Notes: generated by a model from the sequence alone, not told the origin. A DNA stretch of 32,000 nt from a virus (IMGVR_UViG_3300029839_000129:11317-43316); one strand, 5' to 3'. Shown: positions 16,486 to 23,969, counted from the first letter of the stretch. A program made the numbers and translations.

Positions 16486-16755
16486 CTACCACAGCTCGAA
16501 AAATCGTCGTCTCACTCTATCCAGCGTCGAGGGCGAAACGAAATACTCCGTCGTCACCGCCTCCCAGCTCGCAGGCGTGCAGAGATAGGCCCGGAGCGCG
16601 TCAGCATACTCGCCCCCGGCCTCGCGGCACAGTCTGTCTATTTTGCTTTGCACCTCCGCAGTCTGCCGTGCATAGTTCTGGCACGCGAAAAATATCATGC
16701 CCTGCTCGGCATAGCCCTTATGTACTGAGGGGAGATACTTGAATTTCCTCGCCAT
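16486..16755 (-). CDS. Small protein (89 aa), possibly a late-gene regulator
   Basis: ATG 16755 follows AGGAGGG. The C-terminal YFVSPSTLDRVRRRFF looks like an HTH or sigma region 4. It occupies the slot just upstream of terS that late activators such as the RinA/ArpU classes often hold. The function is a guess. Confidence 0.4.
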   Translation of the reverse strand: MARKFKYLPSVHKGYAEQGMIFFACQNYARQTAEVQSKIDRLCREAGGEYADALRAYLCTPASWEAVTTEYFVSPSTLDRVRRRFFELW

Positions 16756-16764
16756 CCCGCCCTC

Positions 16765-17550
16765 CTAACTGCGCATCGGTGCGAAGGGCAGCGCATAGCG
16801 GATATACTGCCCCGCCCTTTTGCCCGAGTAGGCCGTGCGGTACAGCAGCTCGCAGCCCTTTGGCACGCGCAGCTCCGCCCCGCTCCATACGACGCGGCAC
16901 TTCGGCTGAGGCCTCACAAGGTTGCGGGAGGGCTTGTACTTCTTCTCGTCGGGCAGGCGGCGAACCTGGTTCAGCAGATACTCCGCCAACGGCGTGTAAT
17001 CCTTTTGCGCGCTGAGCGCTTTGGCGTAGGCGCCCCCGTGCGGCCAGGCTTCCAGGCAGGCCTGCCACGCGGCCCGGTTGGCTATGATGTGGTGATGTAT
17101 GCGGACTGCCTCGCCCGTCTCCCCGTCCATATCGGAGGTCACGGCTATGTATTTGAGCTCCGCTCCCGGAGGCAGGCGGCGCTTCACCCGGCGGATGTAG
17201 TTGTCCAGCTCGCGGTTAGCCTCCTTGCGGAGATAGTCCTCGAGTATTCCCGGCTCCTGCCCGGCGGCCCGGTCTGCCTCCTGCCTGGCTTCCGCCCTGC
17301 GAAGGAGCTCGGAGTATTTCGTCGGCCCATAGTCCAGCCCGAGGAACAGATCCCCGGCTGAGAAGTTCGCGTGTATCTCCCGGTTAAGCCTGCGCACCGC
17401 GTCGTTCTCGTTCTGCCGCTGCTTCCGCTCCGAACTGCGGCCGAGCTTCCGCCCCCTGGCCGGAGGCTCGCCGGGGACCCAGTATTTCGTTTTCTCCCCG
17501 AGACCCCCGCACTCATATGTGCGGATCTCCCAGTACCCGGTCGAGCCCAT
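16765..17550 (-). CDS. 261-aa basic protein with HUH-endonuclease-like motifs; candidate rolling-circle Rep
   Basis: Ordered motifs: DLFLGLDY (Rep motif-1-like), AVRIHHHIIAN (His cluster followed by hydrophobics), DYTPLAEYLLNQ (Tyr-containing). No other replication gene is recognisable in the early region. Confidence 0.35.
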   Translation of the reverse strand: MGSTGYWEIRTYECGGLGEKTKYWVPGEPPARGRKLGRSSERKQRQNENDAVRRLNREIHANFSAGDLFLGLDYGPTKYSELLRRAEARQEADRAAGQEPGILEDYLRKEANRELDNYIRRVKRRLPPGAELKYIAVTSDMDGETGEAVRIHHHIIANRAAWQACLEAWPHGGAYAKALSAQKDYTPLAEYLLNQVRRLPDEKKYKPSRNLVRPQPKCRVVWSGAELRVPKGCELLYRTAYSGKRAGQYIRYALPFAPMRS

Positions 17551-17597
17551 ATATTTCCCCCGCGTCCGTAAACTTAGGCCTTTACGAACCTTTGATA

Positions 17598-17617
17598 ACG
17601 CGCGTGCGCGCGCGTAT
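17598..17617. other. 20-nt alternating purine/pyrimidine near-palindromic CG tract next to an AT-rich stretch
   Basis: ACGCGCGTGCGCGCGCGTAT, followed by TAAAATAAAGTATATG. It lies 48 nt upstream of the Rep-like gene start. Confidence 0.6.
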
Positions 17618-17640
17618 TAAAATAAAGTATATGCTCTCAC

Positions 17641-17663
17641 AAAAGGGCCCGCCGCGCGGGCCC
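17641..17663 (-). terminator. Rho-independent terminator after the 98-aa gene
   Basis: On the minus strand: GGGCCCGC-GCG-GCGGGCCC followed by TTTTG. Confidence 0.7.
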
Positions 17664-17668
17664 TGTGG

Positions 17669-17965
17669 TCAGAACACATCCTTGTCCTCGCCGCTCTCGT
17701 CCGGCGCATCATATCCGTGGTCACGCATGAGGCGATCAAAGTTTGCATCCACGATGCCGTACAGGCCATCGCTCATTATGTGCAGCGCCGCCAGCAGCTT
17801 GTCCTGTACGCCGCTTTTGTAGTAGCCTGTCAGTACTTCGCCTCCGCCAATGTCTGCTGCAAGCGCCAGCCACCCAAACCGCTCAATGTCCAGCCCTTCA
17901 AGCGAGCGCGTGATAAACTCCGCCAGCTCGCGCTCGTTCTCGTCAGTGTAGATAACTGATATCAT
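17669..17965 (-). CDS. Hypothetical early protein (98 aa)
   Basis: Plausible composition from MISVIYTDENERELAEF onward. The ORF-track extension to 18061 is Arg/Ala-rich and overlaps the upstream gene. Confidence 0.5.
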   Translation of the reverse strand: MISVIYTDENERELAEFITRSLEGLDIERFGWLALAADIGGGEVLTGYYKSGVQDKLLAALHIMSDGLYGIVDANFDRLMRDHGYDAPDESGEDKDVF

Positions 17966-18131
17966 TTTCGGCCGTTGTCTCTTCCTCCAAGTTGCAGCTT
18001 GCCTCAAGTTCCTCCGAACCGCTGCATACCCCGGCCAGCGCGCACTTGCCGCAGCCGTCATATCCCTCCCGAGCCTTCATGCAGTTCCGGACAATAGTCG
18101 CATAATCGTGCTTGTTCAATGTGATTTTCAT
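17943..18131 (-). CDS. Small Cys-containing protein (~62 aa)
   Basis: Motif C..(11)..CGKCALAGVC. ATG 18131 lies 5 nt after AAAGGTGA; GTG 18140 is the alternative start. Confidence 0.45.
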   Translation of the reverse strand: MKITLNKHDYATIVRNCMKAREGYDGCGKCALAGVCSGSEELEASCNLEEETTAENDISYLH

Positions 18132-18136
18132 AGCAT

Positions 18137-18649
18137 TCACCTTTCATACAATGGATTTAAAGGCCCCGCGCCAGGAGGCCCCTCTGTTCCTGGGTAGCCT
18201 GTAGGGTCAGCATGTACGTTGTCAGGACCGGCCGTCACTACAGCCACATTCAGCCTTGCCTGCCAGATAACGGCGTCTCGCGTCTCCTGTTTGCTATATG
18301 TGATTTGCTCATCTATCGCCCGCATCAGCGACTCTCTAAGCCCCTTTTTGAAATACTCGTCCGGCGCAGACTCTATGAGCAGAGAATCTTCGAGATTTCG
18401 CACATGCGCCCGAGCGACGCAGGGCATGATCACATAACCAGAACGCCGTACAGGCGTCTCCAGGGCTTTGCGATAGTCCTCATACAGATTCTCATAATCC
18501 CGCTTCAGGATGAGCCGCTCGCGCAGCTCATCATTGTAAGCCTCACGAATGGCGTAAAGCTCCGCGCTCGGTACGAAACCCAGCGCCTCAAAACATCTGG
18601 TCCTCCATCGCTCCGCCGTGGTCACGAGCTTGCTCAGGTACTCCCTCAT
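18137..18649 (-). CDS. Hypothetical early protein (170 aa)
   Basis: ATG 18649 follows GGGAGGAAAAGC. Confidence 0.55.
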   Translation of the reverse strand: MREYLSKLVTTAERWRTRCFEALGFVPSAELYAIREAYNDELRERLILKRDYENLYEDYRKALETPVRRSGYVIMPCVARAHVRNLEDSLLIESAPDEYFKKGLRESLMRAIDEQITYSKQETRDAVIWQARLNVAVVTAGPDNVHADPTGYPGTEGPPGAGPLNPLYER

Positions 18650-19109
18650 GCTTTTCCTCCCTTATGTTCTGTGTCTCCATCTGCCCCGGCGCGAACCTAA
18701 ACACTACTATCATTGACGGAAACGGCGCTGCATTTTTGTTTCCGCCGAACTTGAGCCGTCCCTTAATGAAGCGCGTCTCTGCTTTGTTGTATATGTACTC
18801 GTGAAACCATCGCGTATCAGTACGCGCGGGCAACAGCATAACCACAACATTGCCGTCAGCAGCGGCAAGCAAGCCGCGGCGCACCCAGCTTCCGATACTT
18901 TTACCGTACGGAGGGTTACACCAAATAACGCCTTTCCACGGCTGCGAAAGGCCGTCTTGTTCTGATGTGTAATAGTGCTCACACTTTGTATTTTCGGGCG
19001 TTGCGCACACGTCGAGGGTAAAATGGAATTCTTCATTTAGCTTATCAAACAGATCTTGAGGCGTTTCCCACTCGGCACTTTTGCTCGAAAACATGACAGC
19101 GTTATTCAC
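18588..19109 (-). CDS. dam: Phage-type DNA N6-adenine methyltransferase (Dam/N6_N4 family)
   Basis: FSSKSAEWETPQDLF...FTLDVCA...WCNPPYG...LLPARTDTRWFH...GRLKFG...APFPSMIVVF matches the phage Dam pattern, including the NPPY catalytic motif. Confidence 0.85.
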   Translation of the reverse strand: MNNAVMFSSKSAEWETPQDLFDKLNEEFHFTLDVCATPENTKCEHYYTSEQDGLSQPWKGVIWCNPPYGKSIGSWVRRGLLAAADGNVVVMLLPARTDTRWFHEYIYNKAETRFIKGRLKFGGNKNAAPFPSMIVVFRFAPGQMETQNIREEKHEGVPEQARDHGGAMEDQMF

Positions 19110-19125
19110 CCGTTTTCTCCAGTGT

Positions 19126-19392
19126 CTACATGTGCTCTGGCGTCAGCAGCGGCGGCGCGTGCATCATGCTTCGTTTAACTTCATAAAGCAACCCCAAGTT
19201 GCTCAGCCGGCCGTTCTCTGCGCTCTTATCGACGGAATTCTCAAAGCGATACGCCCGCCCCGCGTAGACCATTTGCACCCAGCATCCGCGGCGGCTCCAG
19301 TCGTAGTCGTAGACCTGCACCCCGAGCCTGCCCATGACGCGCCCCAGCTTCTGCTCGTATTCCTCGCGCGACCCTTTGTATTTACGTACCAT
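19126..19392 (-). CDS. Hypothetical early protein (88 aa)
   Basis: ATG 19392 follows AAGGAG. Confidence 0.5.
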   Translation of the reverse strand: MVRKYKGSREEYEQKLGRVMGRLGVQVYDYDWSRRGCWVQMVYAGRAYRFENSVDKSAENGRLSNLGLLYEVKRSMMHAPPLLTPEHM

Positions 19393-19726
19393 CAGCCGCT
19401 CCTTTCTCTATAAACCCCAGTGTCAGCAAAACGTCGTGCGGCACAGGTATCACCTCATACCGGGACCTGCTCTGTCCGGCTCTCCCCTGCTCTGCCCACT
19501 CGTGGCTGAGCAGCACCCGCTCTCCAGCTGTGCCGAGGTGAAGGTAGTGCCTTTCGCCCTCAAGCGAGAACTGAAGCAGGCAGGCCCCGCTCGGGTAGCG
19601 CACAAAGCTCTGCCCGCCGCGCTGGCCGGTCTTAATGCCGTATCGTTTCGCTAAGCGCAGCATTCTCGCCGGCGTGACGTTAAGCACAGGTCCCACCGCC
19701 TTCACGCCCGCCCTCCGTGTCGCCAA
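19382..19726 (-). CDS. Hypothetical early protein; start uncertain (TTG 19726 or ATG 19663)
   Basis: ORF in the operon orientation. Neither candidate start has a clear RBS. Confidence 0.4.
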   Translation of the reverse strand: MATRRAGVKAVGPVLNVTPARMLRLAKRYGIKTGQRGGQSFVRYPSGACLLQFSLEGERHYLHLGTAGERVLLSHEWAEQGRAGQSRSRYEVIPVPHDVLLTLGFIEKGAADGT

Positions 19727-20267
19727 GCCAGTCCCGGCTCTCGATCCACCTCCACACCGCCCCGGGCTCGTCCGCTCGATTCAGTCTCACGGCAAGAACC
19801 GACTCACGGTCCCTGATGATCGCGCAGCCCGTACCGAGGTACGCGGCGTCGTTGCAGTCCCTCAAGCTCCAGCCGGGCCCCAGGCCATACACGCGACGGT
19901 CCAGGGTTTGAACTAGCTGTTGAGTGCCCAGTCGGAGGGGGAGCACCGCGCAGCGCTGAACCGCATAATGATCGCTCACGTAGCTGTTGAACTCCTCGCT
20001 GAAAACGGCGTCCTGTATATACTGTGCAGCCCACCCGCTTTTCCCTTTGCAAACGCTGAGGCAGTCGCCGTTCCCGGGCAGATATCCCAGGACTTCCACA
20101 AGGGCGGCAAGTACGAGCTTTGGCGGCTCCTCCATCACGTCAAATTGCAGGTACGCTGCCCAGTCGGCCCCGATGATCTCCATGCGTCCACCAATTACCC
20201 GGAGCCTAAACCCAATAGCGCCTGAGCTTTTCAGGGCTCGGGCAAGCCGCTTTTCATTAATTATCAT
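19680..20267 (-). CDS. Hypothetical early protein (195 aa)
   Basis: ATG 20267 (MIINEKRLARAL...) follows GAGGAGGAACAAA. The ORF-track start at 20306 is an upstream extension. Confidence 0.55.
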   Translation of the reverse strand: MIINEKRLARALKSSGAIGFRLRVIGGRMEIIGADWAAYLQFDVMEEPPKLVLAALVEVLGYLPGNGDCLSVCKGKSGWAAQYIQDAVFSEEFNSYVSDHYAVQRCAVLPLRLGTQQLVQTLDRRVYGLGPGWSLRDCNDAAYLGTGCAIIRDRESVLAVRLNRADEPGAVWRWIESRDWLGDTEGGREGGGTCA

Positions 20268-20769
20268 TTTGTTCCTCCTCTGGCGGGACATTTGGCGGTA
20301 AATCATGGTCCGAGCGCCATTTAGTTATTGTGCCGGTTGCTACGCCGAGCTGCTTTGCCATCTGCCTGTCAGTAAAGCCCAAGTCATAGAGCACGCGTTT
20401 AGGGCTGCTGGATTCCGCGGCTTTTTTGTTCGGCGGCAGGCCGCGAAGGCGGCGCCAGCGCTTTGCCGTGCTGGTACTCACACCGCAGCGCGCCGCAAGC
20501 TCCGCATCCGTGCAGCCGGCCTTGTAGAGTTTTAGGCGCCGTTCGTTTTGGCTGCACGCGGCGTCAGTTCTTTCAACATGTGCGCGCACGTCCTTTGATA
20601 TTGCTTCCCGCATTTTGTTTGGTTGAAGGCATTCCTCCCGGCATTGGCATCCGTCGCCGGACGGCTGCCGCATCGTGAATGCCCTACTGCGGTGCATGTT
20701 GAGTATGTATACGCAGGCGACGAGGTCCGTGTCCAGGTGACGACATCCGATACAATACTCAGATATCAT
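20257..20769 (-). CDS. DNA-binding protein with an N-terminal Cys cluster and two tandem HTH repeats (170 aa)
   Basis: CIGCRH...C...C.C..EC, followed by TDAELAARCGVSTSTAKRWRRLRGLPPN and TDRQMAKQLGVATGTITKWRSDHDLPPN. Confidence 0.55.
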   Translation of the reverse strand: MISEYCIGCRHLDTDLVACVYILNMHRSRAFTMRQPSGDGCQCREECLQPNKMREAISKDVRAHVERTDAACSQNERRLKLYKAGCTDAELAARCGVSTSTAKRWRRLRGLPPNKKAAESSSPKRVLYDLGFTDRQMAKQLGVATGTITKWRSDHDLPPNVPPEEEQNDN

Positions 20770-21091
20770 TGTGGCCACCCTGCTCCGGCAGCACGATTCG
20801 CTTGCCCGTGTATTGGCAGTAGTCGTAGTCGATTTTCGCACCCGCGGACGTCTCCCAGTCCGGCAGGAATACGACCATGTCCGCGCTGTCGATCATGGCG
20901 AGGCATATGCGCATATAGTCCGCGTTCTTCATACCCTCGGGAAGGTGTGCAGGGTTCAGCACTATGTGTCCCTCGTTCCTCTGCTCCATGTGCGCGGCGA
21001 GAAATTTGCGTTTGTACTCTGGGTCTCCCGTGATTTTTCCCGCTATGTATACCTTCAACGGCGCCACCGCCGCGGTCTGTATCGCAGTCAT
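20759..21091 (-). CDS. DUF4406 / nucleoside 2-deoxyribosyltransferase-like protein (110 aa)
   Basis: KVYIAGKITGDPEYKRKF...GHIVLNPA...DYMRICLAMIDSADMVVFLPDWETSAGAKIDY fits the DUF4406 pattern as I recall it. GAGGTGAGAGC RBS. Confidence 0.6.
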   Translation of the reverse strand: MTAIQTAAVAPLKVYIAGKITGDPEYKRKFLAAHMEQRNEGHIVLNPAHLPEGMKNADYMRICLAMIDSADMVVFLPDWETSAGAKIDYDYCQYTGKRIVLPEQGGHNDI

Positions 21092-21100
21092 GCTCTCACC

Positions 21101-21523
21101 TCAAAACAGTCTTGTCTGGCGTTCTTCCGCCTCGCGCAGCGCCGCCTGCTCGGCGGCCCGCGCCTCTGCTCGTTCCCTCCGTGCCTGAGCCTCAGCCCGC
21201 TCCCGGAGCACCTGTTCATGTATGCGCTGCTCAAGCGGAGTACGTTTCCGTTCTCCCGGCGGCGCCTTACCTCTGCGCCGGCCGGGGCAGCGTCCCCAGT
21301 GCGGGACATATCCGCTCCCCTGCGGCACGGCGGGATGCCCTTCCAGCGTTCCCCGTTCGCATGATCCGTCGCGCTGATAGAACATCAGAGGCCCGGCGTC
21401 GTCCGGCCAGTAGAATACCGGCTCCGCCTCGCAGGGCATGTTTTTCCCTGATTTCGTGCGGATGAATACGAGGGGCTTGCCGCACTCGCGGCATGGTATC
21501 TCAAATCGCTCCTGCCTTGCCAT
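21101..21523 (-). CDS. Hypothetical protein (140 aa) with an N-terminal CxxC and a charged helical C-terminus
   Basis: ATG 21523 follows AGAGGTGGGGG. Contains IPCRECGKPLVF...MPCEA. Confidence 0.5.
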   Translation of the reverse strand: MARQERFEIPCRECGKPLVFIRTKSGKNMPCEAEPVFYWPDDAGPLMFYQRDGSCERGTLEGHPAVPQGSGYVPHWGRCPGRRRGKAPPGERKRTPLEQRIHEQVLRERAEAQARRERAEARAAEQAALREAEERQTRLF

Positions 21524-21701
21524 ATGCCCCCACCTCTTTTACCTGGCCGAGTTTCTTCGTCCTGCACTCCTGCGCAATGGGCAGCCAGCGCACGCCCCAA
21601 ACCTTCGCCGCCGCAATGATGGCGCGCAGCCTGTCCTCCGCTTCGACCTCCACGTCCTCATAGAGCTCGTGCCGCACTTCCCACCTGTCCACGCCGCTCA
21701 C
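21501..21701 (-). CDS. Hypothetical small protein (66 aa)
   Basis: GTG start in a GTGA overlap with the upstream stop (translational coupling). No SD sequence. Confidence 0.4.
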   Translation of the reverse strand: MSGVDRWEVRHELYEDVEVEAEDRLRAIIAAAKVWGVRWLPIAQECRTKKLGQVKEVGAYGKAGAI

Positions 21702-22003
21702 CTGCCAAAGAGCCGCGAGAAAAGCGAGGCGTGCGGTTTGTTGGTTTCCGTTTCATCGATGACTGCGTTTTTGGCCGCCTCAGCAGCCTGGTCAACAAGT
21801 CCTGGGAACTCTGTTTCCAGCGTTTTGAGCCCCATCAGGGCACTGGCATATGTGCTTATCAGCGTTTGCCGTTTGCCCTGTATGCCGGTCAAGCAGTGCG
21901 CTTCTCCGCCACTTCCAAACGCCCCGATCACGCATTCGCACTCCCGCTCAAGCAGCGGCTTGCCCTTGCCCTTTTCTCTGATAGTAACGATGTACATGTT
22001 CAT
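21698..22003 (-). CDS. Hypothetical early protein (101 aa)
   Basis: ATG 22003 (MNMYIVTIREKG...) follows GGAGGA. The ORF-track extension to 22183 is Cys/Arg-rich and overlaps the upstream gene. Confidence 0.5.
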   Translation of the reverse strand: MNMYIVTIREKGKGKPLLERECECVIGAFGSGGEAHCLTGIQGKRQTLISTYASALMGLKTLETEFPGLVDQAAEAAKNAVIDETETNKPHASLFSRLFGR

Positions 22004-22064
22004 TCCTCCGTTGTCATATTTGCAAGCGGCCCAGCCGCTCACCACACTATGTGTGGGGTGCTGG

Positions 22065-22700
22065 TCATGCCGTCCACACATATCCATAGCAGAACACATG
22101 CGCCCCGATCTGCCCCCACACCCGGTCATTCTCAGCGCCGCGGGAGAAGTACAGCACCTCATACGGCACGATCTCAGTCTCAAACGCCGCGTCTACGGCC
22201 TCATAGTTGGTCTCATTCGGCACCACGCTCCCAAGGATAGAGGCCGTTGAGAATTGCCGCTCCTGGTATATGACCTCGCTCACCGTGTCCGGGAAGCTCT
22301 CGGAGCGCACGCGGTTGAGCACCACCTGGGCCACCGCTATCTGCCCCTCAAGCGTCTCCGTGTTCGCCTCGGCATACACCACGCGGGCGAGCAGCTCCCG
22401 CTCCTCCGCTGTGATTTCCTCATACCGCGGCTCCGGTTTAGGCTCCGCGGGAGGCTCAGGCGTCTGAGGTTCATGTGCTGCCACGTCCGGCGCTACCGCC
22501 AGTTGCGCCGCCAGCGCGGCGGAGCTGTAAACAGGCGCGGGCAGCTCACTTGCCGCCCGCGCCTCCTGCGCACTCAGGCGCAGCGATATGATGGCGGCGA
22601 GGATGATGAGCAGCACGCACAGTGCTATGTACCCGGCCAATACGGCCTTCCCCCTCCAATTTCTCATCTTTCCCCGCCGCCTTTCTTTTGTGTTCTTCAT
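22065..22700 (-). CDS. Membrane-anchored SleB-family cell-wall hydrolase (Hydrolase_2-like)
   Basis: Basic N-terminus plus a TM helix (AVLAGYIALCVLLIILAAIISL), a Pro/Glu linker, then LLARVVYAEANTETLEGQIAVAQVVLNRVRSESFPDTVSEVIYQERQF. Confidence 0.75.
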   Translation of the reverse strand: MKNTKERRRGKMRNWRGKAVLAGYIALCVLLIILAAIISLRLSAQEARAASELPAPVYSSAALAAQLAVAPDVAAHEPQTPEPPAEPKPEPRYEEITAEERELLARVVYAEANTETLEGQIAVAQVVLNRVRSESFPDTVSEVIYQERQFSTASILGSVVPNETNYEAVDAAFETEIVPYEVLYFSRGAENDRVWGQIGAHVFCYGYVWTA

Positions 22701-22709
22701 GTAAGGGTG

Positions 22710-23093
22710 TCAGTGAATGTCCACTATCATCACCTTGCCGCCGCTCAGTGTCGCCGCAAGCTGCAGCTGCTCCAGGCATTCAAGGCTCTCACACCGCTCC
22801 AGCATAGCCGCCAGTTCCATGAGCAGCAGCGCCGCCCCTCCGCGGTCCCTGTCCGCCCGCCCCGGCGCTTCCGGCGCCAGTGCGTTGACCTCCCGCGCGG
22901 CTTCCGGCTCTGTTGCCGCCTTCTGCTTGGGCTTTGGCCCCGGCTTCACATATCCGCTCTCCGGATTGCGCAGGAGGATATCCTTTATCCAGTCCGCCTT
23001 TACCGCATTCAGCTCCGCCAGCACCTCGATTTGCTTGGGCTTGTTCTTCGCCGTCCGGTACTCCCGGACGATTTCGCTTTCGGACATAACCAT
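22710..23093 (-). CDS. Hypothetical early protein (127 aa)
   Basis: ATG 23093 follows GAGAGGG. N-terminus SEIVREYRTAKNKPKQIEVLAELNAV. Confidence 0.5.
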   Translation of the reverse strand: MVMSESEIVREYRTAKNKPKQIEVLAELNAVKADWIKDILLRNPESGYVKPGPKPKQKAATEPEAAREVNALAPEAPGRADRDRGGAALLLMELAAMLERCESLECLEQLQLAATLSGGKVMIVDIH

Positions 23094-23106
23094 GTTTGTG
23101 ACCCTC

Positions 23107-23304
23107 TCAGTCCGCCAGCACGTAGCCGTACTGGCGTATTATCCTGTTGATGCCGCTGCGCATGCGCGAGCGTTCCTCCTCCGTCGTCGGCCGCCGGTGT
23201 ACGATACAGGTCGTGACACCCTGCTTTGGGCCATAGTCGTACCGCAATATGTACCCGTCCTCGGTGTCCTCTTTCGTGATTATCGGATAAACAGGCTCCG
23301 CCAC
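23107..23304 (-). CDS. Hypothetical small protein (~65 aa)
   Basis: GTG 23304 follows GGAGGTGAGGGCT, the same RBS-to-GTG arrangement as at 25269 and 26137. The ORF-track TTG 23325 has no SD. Confidence 0.45.
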   Translation of the reverse strand: MAEPVYPIITKEDTEDGYILRYDYGPKQGVTTCIVHRRPTTEEERSRMRSGINRIIRQYGYVLAD

Positions 23305-23362
23305 AGCCCTCACCTCCACCTTCAAGCCTATGTGTGCCCGCAGTTGCCCTATGCCTTGCCGT

Positions 23363-23887
23363 TCAGGCGCTCCCGTTCATAGCCTCGAACAGGTCGCAGC
23401 TGTCCTTCCAATTTGGGTGCTTGAATCCTCTGCCTCTTGGGCAGCAATGTCCGCGACTAATGGGGCTGAACGAGCCTGAAGCCGTAATAACGTAGTGTTG
23501 GTGGAAATTACGACAGTTTGCGCACACTTTATCGTTGTTGGAAATTTTGAAGCATTCTCGGGCCTCTTTCAGGGCCTTTTCTGCCGTTCCGAGAACAATG
23601 AACCGCGCTATTCCTACCAGTGCTCTTACGTTTGGTGAATAAGTATCGCCCGTTCTCTTTGTCTCCTCTTTTTCAGTCTCCTCGTCCCAGCCCATCAGAT
23701 GAGCCGCGTTTGTTTCCAAGGCGTGTGCAATCGGTTCCAGATACTTGGAAGGGATTTTCTCAATGTCGCCGTTTTCATATCGGTACACAGTTGCGCGCGA
23801 CACTCCTAGCACCTTGGCAACCTCATCGACGGATATCTTTAAGCTTTTGCGCCGCTCCTTCATTCGTTCTCCAAATGTCTTTGGCAT
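23363..23887 (-). CDS. XRE-family HTH regulator with a Cys-rich C-terminal domain (174 aa)
   Basis: ERMKERRKSLKISVDEVAKVLGVSRATVYRYENG. C-terminal CANC...HCCPRG...C. ATG 23887 follows GAGGAGG. Confidence 0.75.
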   Translation of the reverse strand: MPKTFGERMKERRKSLKISVDEVAKVLGVSRATVYRYENGDIEKIPSKYLEPIAHALETNAAHLMGWDEETEKEETKRTGDTYSPNVRALVGIARFIVLGTAEKALKEARECFKISNNDKVCANCRNFHQHYVITASGSFSPISRGHCCPRGRGFKHPNWKDSCDLFEAMNGSA

Positions 23888-23969
23888 GGGCTTGTGAACC
23901 TCCTCTTGCTCTCTCGCCTCTTTTACTGCGCTAAGCTTTTACAGCGCGGAGAACCGCATATTAAAACAT

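Noticed and set aside
15847-16728. 293-aa + strand ORF spanning the terS region
   Set aside because: It is antisense to terS and to the 89-aa gene, and it crosses the minus-strand terminator. Arg/Leu/His-rich shadow ORF.
22254-23382. 298-aa and 221-aa + strand ORFs
   Set aside because: They are antisense to the SleB-like gene and two early genes. Both give Arg/Leu/Ser-rich low-complexity translations with no RBS.
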